This document shows, in pieces, positions 27,807 to 37,507 of a stretch of DNA of 64,000 bases. The DNA is from Pyrinomonadaceae bacterium. GTDB taxonomy: Bacteria > Acidobacteriota > Blastocatellia > Pyrinomonadales > Pyrinomonadaceae. A program made the position numbers and the translations under genes. The notes under the pieces were generated by a model that was given only the letters and a program-made list of their open reading frames with translations, had not been told where the DNA came from and made no database searches. The stretch lies in the NCBI GenBank assembly GCA_046313635.1, contig JBKBYA010000001.1, positions 320,001 through 384,000 of the forward strand, written 5' to 3'. Within the stretch, counting starts at the first letter, position 1. Each line of letters begins with the position of its first letter.

Positions 27807-30800
27807 TGCTGCAGAATTACGTCTCTGAACTGGTCGCCCCGCAACTCGACGATCGGGCCCGAAATGCGCGGCCGATGTCACGGCTCGCGGTCGCTGCGAC
27901 GCTGCTCTTTTTACTTTCGCTGCCCCTCGCAGCTCTTGCGCAGAACAGGTTCGAGGACCGTCCGGTCGGCACGATCGAGATCGTCTTTGAAGAGTCGGGC
28001 GACGGCAACGGCGCGGCCGAGCAGTTTCGCGCGGTCGCGGCCGAGGCGGTCGGAGCGCGATATTCGACCGTGAAGATCCGCGATTCGATCGAGGCGCTGC
28101 ACCGCACGGGCAAGATCGTCTCGGTCGAGGTTCGCGCCGCCGAGAATGCGACGGGCGCGGTCGACCTGACCTACGTTATCAAGCGAAAGAACCAGGCCGA
28201 GCGCGTGACGGTCGAGGTCGGCACGGCCGTCGGCGACAAGGTCACCGAGCAGGAGCTGCTCTTTAAGCTCAACCTGCTCGATCCCGGCACGCCGATCTCG
28301 GAGCAGAGCCTTCGCGAGAATGCCAACGTCATCCTCGAGTACCTGCGCGACCGCGGCTATTTCAACGCCGAGGTCACGTATCGCACGCAGCCGCTGCGCG
28401 GGCCGACGGACGTCGCCGTGACCTTCAACGTCGCCCCGGGCACGCAGGCAAAGGTGGTCGCATTCAATATCGACATCAAGGGCTTTGACAACAGCAGATT
28501 CGCAACGGAGATCAAGCTCAAGCCGGGCGAGCTGTTTTCGCGCGAGCGGCTCAACTCAGATCTTGAAAAGATCCGTTCCGTACTGCGCGACGCAAACTAT
28601 CTCGCTCCGCAGCTCGACGACCCGCGCGTCGTCTTTGATCCGGACAAGAACGCGATCAGCATCTCGCTCAACGGCACGGTCGGGCCGCGAGTCGAGGTCA
28701 GCGTCGATGCCGGCAAGGAACTCAGCGTCGGCGACGGCACGCGGCGCAAGCTTTTGCCGATCGAGCGCGAAGGCACGCTCGGCTACGCGGCGATCGTCGA
28801 GGGCGAGCGGCGGCTCGAGAATTACCTGCAGGAGAAAGGATACTTTTTTGCCGACGTGACGCCGGTCTGCGCGGTCGATCCGCCATTCACCGAGGGCGAG
28901 GCGAGCTCGATCGTCAACGATACAGAGTTTCTCTGCTCGGCTCTCGGCAGCGCCGACCTGACCGACCGCAAGGTACGCGTCGTTTACCGCGCCGATCTCA
29001 ACCGCAAGTTCCAGCTCGTCGACATCCGCCTGCGCGGTACCGACCTTTTTACGATCGACGAGATAATGACGGTGCTGCGGTCGCAGGAGGCAAACATCCT
29101 CGGCTACATTCCCATCTTCGGTTACGGCCGCGGCCTGACGAGCGACCGCCTGCTCGAGGAGGACGCCGCCACGATCCGCTCGCTGCTCCGCGAGCTCGGC
29201 TATCGCGACGCGACCGTCAGCGTCAATCGCGGCGTCGCGCCGACCGGCGACGATCTGATCGTCACGTTCGTCGTCGAGCAGGGGCCGCCGACGGTCGTCA
29301 ACGACGTCGAGGTCGCCGGCAACAGTGCGGTCGCGACCACCGAGCTGCGGCCGCTCGTCGAGAACCTCGTCGGCCGCAACTATTCGCGCGCCCGCACGCG
29401 CAACGCCGAGCGGCGTCTCGCCGAGCTCTATTCGGAACGCGGCTACTTTGACGCGCGGATCACGTCGTCGATGATCGAGACCGGCACCGACTCGGCCACC
29501 GGCGACAAGCTGGTCAAGGTCGTCTTTAACATCGAGAACGAGGGCAAAAAGGTCTTTATCAACCGCGTGCTCGTGACCGGCAACGACGACACCAAGTCGA
29601 GCGCGATACTGCGGGCCGTGACGCTGAAACCGAACGAGCTGCTTCGCCGGACGGACGTTTACCAGAGCGAGCAGAACCTGTATTCGACCGACGCGTTCGA
29701 GCGGGTCGACATCAAGCCGACGCCGGCCGGCGAGCGGCCCGGTACCGGCGGCGAAGCGCGGCAGGTCGACGTTATCATCGGCGTCACCGAGCAGGCCCCG
29801 CGGCTGCTGCAGTACGGCGGCGGCTACTCGACCGATCTCGGCGCGAACGGATTCTTCGATATTCGACACGTCAATCTTTTTGGCCGGCTATGGCAGGGCG
29901 GCGCGCGGGTCCGCTGGAGCCAGCGGCAGCAGCTCGTGCAGTTTGATTACATCAACCCGCGCTTTATCCGCGACGGCAAGAACAGATTCGCTCCGCTGAC
30001 CGTCACCGCGCAGTACCAGCGAGATTCGACCGTGACGCGATTTTTCCGCTCGGCGTTCGATCAGGGAACCTTCGGCATCGTCCAGCGGATCGACGAGGAC
30101 GGAAACGCGATCGACGAGTTTGGCCGCCGCGTCGGCGACCCGACGATCAATCGCCTGACGGTCACGGCCGAGACCAACCGCACGATCGATCTCAAGAAGC
30201 GCAGCGTCGTATTTTTCCGCTACAGGTTTGAGGACGTGCGGCTCTTTAATATCGAGAGTCTCCTGATCAAAGACCTGCTGCGGCCCGACCAGCGCGTGAG
30301 GATATCTGGATTTGGCGCGACGTTTGTCCGCGATACTCGCGAGCGGTGCGAGATCAAGTTCTCGATCCTCGAGACGATCGCCCGCGGCGAGCCCGGCGAC
30401 CGCTGCCGGTACAACGCAGACGACCCGACGGGCGGCGATTACCTGACGGCCGAGTACAACGTCTCGATGCCTGTACTGGGCGCAAATATCGGGTTCAACA
30501 AGCTTCAGCTCTCGTACAACCGCTACTTCAGCTTCCCGCAGCTTCGCAACGCGACGGTCGCGACGCGCGTCGTGCTCGGCTTTGCGAACGTGTTTGCACG
30601 CGGCGATCGATTCTCTGATCCGAGCCTGGCCGATCTGCGCGGGATACTGCCGATCAGCGAGCGCTTCTTTGCCGGCGGATCGAATACGCTGCGGGGATTT
30701 GATTTTGAAGCGGCGGGACCGCGCGTGGCGATCGTCCCGCAGGGCGTCTTTAGGCGCAGCAACGGCGAATCTGTGACGCTCAGTCCCTTCACGGTGCCCT

Positions 30801-31153
30801 TCGGCGGCAACGCCCTCGCGGTCGTCAACGTCGAGGGCCGCCTGCCGCTCAACGCCTGGCTCCGCGCGGTGCCTTTTTACGACGGCGGCAACGTGTTTCG
30901 CCGGGTCGGCGACATCTTTAACCCGCCGGACGTACCGCCGAACGACGTCGTCCGCCGCAACCTGCGCGCGGTCTGGACGCACACGGTCGGCCTCGGCCTC
31001 CGGGTAAAGACGCCGATCGGCGGCGAGTTTGGCATCGATTACGGCTACCTGCTCAATCCGCCGGCCTTTCTCATCCCGCAGCCCGACGGCAGCAACGCGA
31101 CGTTTCGCCTGCCGCCCGGGCACGTTCACTTCCGCTTTTCACAGGCGTTTTAG
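27806..31153 (+). CDS. Omp85 (BamA/TamA) family outer membrane protein
   Basis: POTRA repeats (RERGYF-like), ERFFAGGSNTLRGF, C-terminal Phe; TGATG coupling to tamB. Confidence 0.9.
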   Translation: MLQNYVSELVAPQLDDRARNARPMSRLAVAATLLFLLSLPLAALAQNRFEDRPVGTIEIVFEESGDGNGAAEQFRAVAAEAVGARYSTVKIRDSIEALHRTGKIVSVEVRAAENATGAVDLTYVIKRKNQAERVTVEVGTAVGDKVTEQELLFKLNLLDPGTPISEQSLRENANVILEYLRDRGYFNAEVTYRTQPLRGPTDVAVTFNVAPGTQAKVVAFNIDIKGFDNSRFATEIKLKPGELFSRERLNSDLEKIRSVLRDANYLAPQLDDPRVVFDPDKNAISISLNGTVGPRVEVSVDAGKELSVGDGTRRKLLPIEREGTLGYAAIVEGERRLENYLQEKGYFFADVTPVCAVDPPFTEGEASSIVNDTEFLCSALGSADLTDRKVRVVYRADLNRKFQLVDIRLRGTDLFTIDEIMTVLRSQEANILGYIPIFGYGRGLTSDRLLEEDAATIRSLLRELGYRDATVSVNRGVAPTGDDLIVTFVVEQGPPTVVNDVEVAGNSAVATTELRPLVENLVGRNYSRARTRNAERRLAELYSERGYFDARITSSMIETGTDSATGDKLVKVVFNIENEGKKVFINRVLVTGNDDTKSSAILRAVTLKPNELLRRTDVYQSEQNLYSTDAFERVDIKPTPAGERPGTGGEARQVDVIIGVTEQAPRLLQYGGGYSTDLGANGFFDIRHVNLFGRLWQGGARVRWSQRQQLVQFDYINPRFIRDGKNRFAPLTVTAQYQRDSTVTRFFRSAFDQGTFGIVQRIDEDGNAIDEFGRRVGDPTINRLTVTAETNRTIDLKKRSVVFFRYRFEDVRLFNIESLLIKDLLRPDQRVRISGFGATFVRDTRERCEIKFSILETIARGEPGDRCRYNADDPTGGDYLTAEYNVSMPVLGANIGFNKLQLSYNRYFSFPQLRNATVATRVVLGFANVFARGDRFSDPSLADLRGILPISERFFAGGSNTLRGFDFEAAGPRVAIVPQGVFRRSNGESVTLSPFTVPFGGNALAVVNVEGRLPLNAWLRAVPFYDGGNVFRRVGDIFNPPDVPPNDVVRRNLRAVWTHTVGLGLRVKTPIGGEFGIDYGYLLNPPAFLIPQPDGSNATFRLPPGHVHFRFSQAF

Positions 31154-31168
31154 CCGAGCGCGTTTCGC

Positions 31169-33673
31169 TTAGTTGACCGCTGAAGAAATGATATCGGTGT
31201 CGTTTGCCTCGAGTACGTCGGGCTCGACGACCGAGACGAGTTCGTCGGGCACGAGCGTTCGGTCGTTAGGGTCGGGGAGCGGAATGTCGGGCCGCGGAAC
31301 CGGCGCGTAATTGGTGTGCGTGACGGCCGGAGGCCTGGGCCGTGTCTTGCGAACGGATTTGGTGGTGTACATTCGCTTGTCCGCCGCGATCAGCAGCTGA
31401 TCGAACGACTCGCCCGACTGCGGAAAGCTCGCGGCACCGATACTGACACCCACGCGGGCCTCCGAGTCGCCGACGCGGAGCACAAACTCGCGCACCGCGG
31501 CGTCGATCCGCTGGCACAGCTCGCGTACGTCCTGTGCGGAAGTGTCGGGGACCAAAGCGATGTATTCATCGCCGGCGTACCGCGCAAGAAAGTCGTATTC
31601 GCGGAGCTGCGACGTGATCACTTTGGCGATCTCGGTCAGCATCACATCGCCCGTCTTGTGACCGAAGGAATCGTTGACCTGCTTAAATCCGTCGAGGTCG
31701 AGCATCAATACCTGGAGGCTCGTGCCGCTGCGGCGCGTGCGGGCGGCCTCCTTTTCAAACTGGCGTCTAAGGCTGCGTGCGTTGGGCAGGCCCGTGATCG
31801 GGTCGGTCAGTGCCGAACGCTCCGCTTCGGCGTGCTCGCGAGATTTTGCGATCGCGTCGGCCGCGATCGTCGCGACGGTCTCGAGCAGACGCAGATGCTC
31901 TTCGCCGTACTCGGGCAGCGAGTTTGTATAAACCTCGATCGCCCCGATGACGCGGTCGTCCGTCGCGAGCGGAAGCGCCGCCGCGGCCCTAAAGTCGAGC
32001 TCCGCCACGTGGTCGTCAGCGTTGTCGTCGTGCGACAGTCTTACCGTCTTTCGCTGCTCCAGGGCCCGGCCCGCGCCGCCAGCTCCGGGTTTGACCGCCG
32101 CGCCGGCGAGCTGGGCCTTGCCGGGCCCCTCGCAGTGCACGACGTCGGCGAGTCCCGTGCTCTCGTTGAGAAGATAGATCGCGAAGGTGTCGACCGGGAT
32201 CAGTTCGCGTACCGTCCGTGCAAAAAGCGAATAGGTGTCGTCGAGGTCGAGCGATGAACTGAACTCTCGAGCGAGCTCATAGAGCGTAAAGACCTCGCGA
32301 TTGGCCAGCTTGATCTGCTCGACGTAGTGGTCGCCGCTCTGGGCGCCGTCTGTACGGTAGCTCAGGCCGCAGCGTGCGACCTCCGCCTCCATCGCACCGA
32401 GCCGACTGAAAAAGAGGTTGAGCAGCGTGGGGTCGAACTTGATGCCCGCCTCGGCCATCATGATGCGCCGCGCATCCTCACGCGTATAGCCGCGGCGGAA
32501 GGGCCGGTCAGAGCGAAGCGAGTCGTACGCGTCGGCGATGGCGAGTATGCGAGCGGTCAGCGGAATATTCTCGCCGCGGAGGCCCTCGGGGTAACCGCTG
32601 CCGTCCCAGTGCTCGTGGTGATACCTGACGGTCGGGACGACCGGGTAGTCGAAATTCACTTTTTCGAGGATCGAGGCTCCGACCGAGGAGTGCACCTTGG
32701 TCTTTTCGCGCTCGGCGCTGGTGAGCTCCTCCGACTTGTTGAGGATGTGCTCGGGTACAGCGAGCTTGCCGATGTCATGAAGCAGGGCTCCGGTCCGCAG
32801 CGCGTGGATGTCGCGCTCGGCGAGTCCCAAGATCTCGCCCAAGCCGATGGCGTAGATCTGCGTTCTCCGCACGTGACCGACGCCGACCTGGTCGCGCGCG
32901 TCGATCGCCGTGGCCAGAGCCTCGACGGTCGCAAGGTGGATGCGGCTCGCCTCAGAGATCTCGCGGACCTTGTTCGCGAGCATACGCTGGTGCGCCGAAT
33001 ACGCCAGCGAGCCCAGTATTATCAACGGCGCGAGGACGAGGCCGACGCCGAGGCCGAGGTTATCAAAGGTCTGATCGAGAATGATCGTCCCCGCGGCCGC
33101 GGCCGTGCAGTAGACCGCCGAGTATCCGAATGCGTCGTTGAGAACGCTTTTCAGCGGCCGCGCGCTGTCGATGCGGAGGTAGATGAATCCGGCGATCGCC
33201 GAGAGCAGGTAGTAAACGGCGGGCGGCAGCGAGTGGGCAACAAGATATGCGAGCAGGCCTCTCTCGCCCGAGGCGGCGGCGCTCGCGAGATAGTAGACGC
33301 CGCCCGCGGCCGCGGCCTCGAGACTGTCGGTCAAAAGCGTATATGTACGGCGCCGCCGGTCGGCTCGGCCGAGAAATACCGATGCAGAGGCCGCTATGCC
33401 GACGAGAACGGCGCCGGCCGCGCCGATCCAAAAGATCGTCCAAAAGACAAATACCGGCTTGGCCGGAAACGGCATTCGCGAACGCGAAATCGACGGCTCG
33501 TGCCGCGAAAGGAATACGGCCAGAGCGGCGGTGACCGCAAGTGCAACGCCCTGCTCGGCGGCGAGGGCGGGCAGCCGCGCAAGCGCAAAGACGACGCTCG
33601 GCAAGGCTGCCGAGATCGCTATCGCCCATATCGTGCTGCTACGCCAGCGGCTGTTTGAGTTTGTATTCTCCAC
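31169..33673 (-). CDS. Membrane HD-GYP/GAF/GGDEF c-di-GMP enzyme
   Basis: HDIGK, HHEHWDGSGYPEGL; GAF; DLDGFKQVNDSFGH, REYD I-site, AGDEY. Confidence 0.92.
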   Translation of the reverse strand: MENTNSNSRWRSSTIWAIAISAALPSVVFALARLPALAAEQGVALAVTAALAVFLSRHEPSISRSRMPFPAKPVFVFWTIFWIGAAGAVLVGIAASASVFLGRADRRRRTYTLLTDSLEAAAAGGVYYLASAAASGERGLLAYLVAHSLPPAVYYLLSAIAGFIYLRIDSARPLKSVLNDAFGYSAVYCTAAAAGTIILDQTFDNLGLGVGLVLAPLIILGSLAYSAHQRMLANKVREISEASRIHLATVEALATAIDARDQVGVGHVRRTQIYAIGLGEILGLAERDIHALRTGALLHDIGKLAVPEHILNKSEELTSAEREKTKVHSSVGASILEKVNFDYPVVPTVRYHHEHWDGSGYPEGLRGENIPLTARILAIADAYDSLRSDRPFRRGYTREDARRIMMAEAGIKFDPTLLNLFFSRLGAMEAEVARCGLSYRTDGAQSGDHYVEQIKLANREVFTLYELAREFSSSLDLDDTYSLFARTVRELIPVDTFAIYLLNESTGLADVVHCEGPGKAQLAGAAVKPGAGGAGRALEQRKTVRLSHDDNADDHVAELDFRAAAALPLATDDRVIGAIEVYTNSLPEYGEEHLRLLETVATIAADAIAKSREHAEAERSALTDPITGLPNARSLRRQFEKEAARTRRSGTSLQVLMLDLDGFKQVNDSFGHKTGDVMLTEIAKVITSQLREYDFLARYAGDEYIALVPDTSAQDVRELCQRIDAAVREFVLRVGDSEARVGVSIGAASFPQSGESFDQLLIAADKRMYTTKSVRKTRPRPPAVTHTNYAPVPRPDIPLPDPNDRTLVPDELVSVVEPDVLEANDTDIISSAVN

Positions 33674-33903
33674 CGTGATGTTAGGGGCAGCCGGCTCCGC
33701 CGAGCGGCCTCGGGATGCGGCTATCCCTCACGATCGTTAACAACGGCCGTGCCACACGAGATCTGTCGGAATTGCAGTGTTTATTTGAGAGGCGGAGCGT
33801 GCGTTCGATCCAGCGTCGATTCGATTTGATGCATACCGGTCAAATTGACCGATACTCATCGCGTCGAGCGGAGCCGCCGATCGATCGGCCGACGGACGCA
33901 GTA

Positions 33904-34107
33904 CTAATAGCGGTCGTCCTCGTAATCAAAGTCGTCAAACTCTTCGTCGTCCTCGGCGGTTTCGTCAAAGAGGTCGAGTTCTGGAGGATCGAGCCCGACA
34001 AGGACGAGCCGCGACCCGCACTCGTCGCAGGCGACGACGTCGCCCTGCTCGGAATCAGCGTCGACATAAACGTCTTCGGAACACTCGGGGCAGATCGAGG
34101 TAGGCAT
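33904..34107 (-). CDS. LysW/ArgW-like zinc-ribbon acidic protein with an atypical C-terminus
   Basis: CPEC...GDVVACDECG..L.LVGLDP; acidic tail ends EDDRY rather than EDWGE. Confidence 0.7.
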   Translation of the reverse strand: MPTSICPECSEDVYVDADSEQGDVVACDECGSRLVLVGLDPPELDLFDETAEDDEEFDDFDYEDDRY

Positions 34108-34276
34108 TTTTTCTTTTCTCCGAAAATCCTATAGATTTGATTGGAGATCTCTCCAACCGGCACTGTCGCTGCTATGGTAATCAATCTAACTTGTAATCAA
34201 ACGATTTGGCAAGAAATCGCTCTGCCGGCTGACAAGACCTGAGAGATCGGAGCGCACGGCCCGTCACTTTTGCTCG

Positions 34277-35221
34277 ATGAGATTTCCTTTTGCACTCGCG
34301 CCCGAGCGCGAATTTGACGTCGCGGGCTTCGGCACTAACGCGGTCGACTACCTGATCCGCGTGCCCCATTACCCTGAATTCAATTCAAAGGTCGAGCTGG
34401 TCAATTACGTTCAGGCGGCAGGCGGCGAGGTCGCGACGACGATGGCCGGACTGTCCCGGCTTGGTCTGCGGACCGCTTACGCGGGCAAGTTTGGCGGCGA
34501 CGCGGCCGGAGACTTTGGGATGCGTTCGCTCCGCGACGAGGGGGTCGACATCGCGTACTCGGCGGTGGTCGCCGATGCCCGAACGCAGATCGCATTTATC
34601 GTGATCGACATCGGCACCGGTGAGCGAACGGTGATCTGGCAGCGCGACGAGCGGCTTGCATTTACGGCGGACGAGGCGCCGATCGAGCTCGTTACGCGCT
34701 CGAGCATTCTGCATCTCACGCCGCACGATGTCGCGGCCTGCCTGCGGCTGGCGAACGAGGCACGACGCGTCGGCACCATCGTCTCGATCGATGTCGACAA
34801 CGTCTTTCCGGGCATCGAAGAACTGCTCCCGCTCGTCGACCTGCTGATCACGTCGGCCGAGTTCCCGCAGCGTCTGCTCGGGCTCGACGACCATCGCCGT
34901 GCGCTGGCCGAGATGAGGTCGCGCTACGGGTGCGGCGTCGCCGGGGTGACGCTCGGCTCAAAAGGCTCGCTGCTGCTTTGCGGCGAGACGTACATTCAGA
35001 CGCCGGGCTTTGCCGTTCCCGGCGGCTGTCAGGATACGACCGGGGCGGGCGACTCATTCCGGGTCGGGCTGCTCTACGGCCTTGCCCGCGGTTGGTCGGT
35101 CGAGGATGCGGCCCGCACCGCCAACGCCGTGGCCGCCCTCAAATGCCGCGCCGTCGGGGCACGCACGTCATTGCCGACGGCCGACGAGCTTGACCGCTTT
35201 TTGTCTGGGGAGCGGAGCTGA
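34277..35221 (+). CDS. PfkB family carbohydrate kinase
   Basis: GGEVAT, VTLGSKGS, DTTGAGDSF. Confidence 0.93.
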   Translation: MRFPFALAPEREFDVAGFGTNAVDYLIRVPHYPEFNSKVELVNYVQAAGGEVATTMAGLSRLGLRTAYAGKFGGDAAGDFGMRSLRDEGVDIAYSAVVADARTQIAFIVIDIGTGERTVIWQRDERLAFTADEAPIELVTRSSILHLTPHDVAACLRLANEARRVGTIVSIDVDNVFPGIEELLPLVDLLITSAEFPQRLLGLDDHRRALAEMRSRYGCGVAGVTLGSKGSLLLCGETYIQTPGFAVPGGCQDTTGAGDSFRVGLLYGLARGWSVEDAARTANAVAALKCRAVGARTSLPTADELDRFLSGERS

Positions 35222-35373
35222 GCCGCCCGCAAATATTTTGTGGACGCGCCGGACGGCGGTGTAATAACATTGCACTGCGGCCCAACGGCCCGCACGGCAT
35301 CTCGTCTTAGGACCCCATCGGAGCAGATCCACCCTACTCACCGCCATTCGCCCGATCGCAGCTCATATCTGTC

Positions 35374-36600
35374 ATGGATTCAAAGATCGGTCTGTTGATT
35401 CAGCTTGCAGGTGTCTGTCTTATCTCACTGCTGACGATCTTTATGCGTCGATCGCTGAGGGTCGCGGCGCTGCGATACTGGACCAACGCCTGGCTGTGCC
35501 TGACGGTCGCGCTTCTCAGCCTGCGAATGGCGGCCGAGGCCGACACCTGGGCCAAGCCGCTCTATAGCTTTTTCTTCTTTGGCGAGTACGTCTTCGGCTT
35601 CCTGCTCGTGACGGGGTGCCGCAGTCTGAGCGGAAAGTATCGTCCGCAATTGCGGGACGAGCTCGTCATACTGCCCTTCGCCGCGGCCGCCGTCGTACTC
35701 ACTCTGTTGGAGGGCGACGTAGCTCTGGTCTTCAGCGTCCACGCCTGCCTGCTCGCGAGCTTTTTCGTATTTGCCTTCAGGGCGCTGAGAGACGTGCCGA
35801 TGCGCACATTCGGCTGGTACGTGATGCGGGTCGCCCTCGCGCTGCTGGTCGTCGATCTCGTGCAGTACTTTATCGTCTCGACGGCAAGGCAGATACGGCA
35901 CTTCGAGGCCGCTTATCTTGCTTACAATCCGATCATCGACCTCGTCCTGCAGATCCTGCTCGGCTTTGGTATGGTGATCGTGCTGCTCGAGCAGGTGCTC
36001 GAAGACTCGCGGCGGGCCAACGACAAGCTCTCACGAGCCCACCGGCGACTCGAGATGCTCGCTCACGTCGATCCGCTGACGGCCGCCTTTAACCGGCACG
36101 CATTTTACGGCTACCTGCGCAAGCGGGGCGAGGATGGAGCTTACGTTTCGGGCTGTGTCGGATTTTTTGACGTCGACGAACTCAAAAAGATCAACGACCG
36201 CTACGGCCATCTCGCCGGCGACCGCGTCATACGCGCCGTCGCCGCCGCGCTGAGAAAGGTGATGCGGGCCGAGGACCTGATCTATCGCTGGGGAGGCGAT
36301 GAATTTTTCGTCATCATGGTCAGCATGAGCGCCGAGGCCGCGACCCATCGAATGCAAAAACTCGACGAGATGCTGACCGGCGTCAGCGTGCACGGGGTCG
36401 GCCACCCGGTCGATATAAGCGTATCGTACGGATTTACAGACTTTGAAGACCTCTCCGATCTCGAAGCCGCGATCAGGCTCGCGGACGCCGCGATGTACGA
36501 GCGCAAGCAGCAGCGTAAGCTGAGGTCGGCCGCCGCGCCGGCATACGACGCGGCGGACGAGTCAGATCTCGAACCGGTCACCGCGGCCGACCGCGTTTAG
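35374..36600 (+). CDS. Membrane diguanylate cyclase
   Basis: About 7 TM; DPLT, INDRYGHLAGD, RAED I-site, GGDEF. Confidence 0.92.
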   Translation: MDSKIGLLIQLAGVCLISLLTIFMRRSLRVAALRYWTNAWLCLTVALLSLRMAAEADTWAKPLYSFFFFGEYVFGFLLVTGCRSLSGKYRPQLRDELVILPFAAAAVVLTLLEGDVALVFSVHACLLASFFVFAFRALRDVPMRTFGWYVMRVALALLVVDLVQYFIVSTARQIRHFEAAYLAYNPIIDLVLQILLGFGMVIVLLEQVLEDSRRANDKLSRAHRRLEMLAHVDPLTAAFNRHAFYGYLRKRGEDGAYVSGCVGFFDVDELKKINDRYGHLAGDRVIRAVAAALRKVMRAEDLIYRWGGDEFFVIMVSMSAEAATHRMQKLDEMLTGVSVHGVGHPVDISVSYGFTDFEDLSDLEAAIRLADAAMYERKQQRKLRSAAAPAYDAADESDLEPVTAADRV

Positions 36601-36637
36601 TTCGACGCCCGCGCGGCCGGCGAACCGACATTCTCCT

Positions 36638-37306
36638 CTACAGCTTTTCGTTAAAGAACGCCACGACCTTTGCCCAAGCGTCGCGTGCCGCGGCCTCATT
36701 GTAGACCTCGGGCCGCGTGTCGTTAAAGAATGCGTGATCGGCGTCGTACTTGAGCGACTCGAGAGGCAGCTCAAATCGCGCGGCCGCGTCCTCGAGCGCG
36801 GCGACCTTGTCGGTATTGATCCATTGGTCGCGCGTCCCCGAGATAAAGACGGTGGGCACTTTTCGTTTCTGCAGAATGTCGTCGCCCGGGATGTCGCCGT
36901 AAAACGGCGCGGCCGCCGAGATGCCCTCGAGCTCGCACGCCGCGCGGAGCGCAAACGTTCCGCCCATGCAGTAGCCCGTTATGCCGAAGTGCGAGATGCC
37001 GTACTTTTCGTTTGCCGCGGCGATCGCGGCTCGTATCGTGTCGAGCCCGTCCTCGATCTCGAGCGCGTGCATCATCTTTGAAGCCTCGTCCGGATCGGTC
37101 GCGACCTTGCCGCGATACAGGTCAGGCGCGATCGCCGTAAATCCCTCGCCGGCCCAACGCCGAGCGATGTCCTTGATGTGATCGTTCAATCCCCACCATT
37201 CGTGAATGACGATCACCGCCCGCCCGCTGCCGCCGCCGTCGGGCAGCTCGACATAGGCGGTCGTCGCTCCATTCGCAGTCTCAAACCGAAGCTGTTCCGT
37301 GCTCAT
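36638..37306 (-). CDS. Dienelactone hydrolase family protein
   Basis: IHEWWGLN, GYCMGG, HAFFNDTRP. Confidence 0.93.
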   Translation of the reverse strand: MSTEQLRFETANGATTAYVELPDGGGSGRAVIVIHEWWGLNDHIKDIARRWAGEGFTAIAPDLYRGKVATDPDEASKMMHALEIEDGLDTIRAAIAAANEKYGISHFGITGYCMGGTFALRAACELEGISAAAPFYGDIPGDDILQKRKVPTVFISGTRDQWINTDKVAALEDAAARFELPLESLKYDADHAFFNDTRPEVYNEAAARDAWAKVVAFFNEKL

Positions 37307-37507
37307 TCAAAGTCTCCTATTCGTTTGCCGTTTTTTTGAATTATAGGGAATCGCGCCACGCCGGCAAACAATTCGCCCGCGCGTCAAGCGGCCGCCTCGC
37401 GTAAGCAACAGGCTCGCAGCCGTGCCGGTGCCGTTCAAAAAGTGATCGGCCGCGTGCGGCGAGCGCCGTCCGCGGCCGTCTTGTTTTTCGTCGATCTGCC
37501 GTCCGAT

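Noticed and set aside
22665..31153. TamB/Omp85 pair as the export route for the Rhs toxin
   Set aside because: Host-like GC, separated from the locus by housekeeping genes; no evidence of a link.
35260..35274. Zur/Fur-like box TGTAATAACATTGCA
   Set aside because: Single imperfect palindrome upstream of a diguanylate cyclase, with no supporting context.
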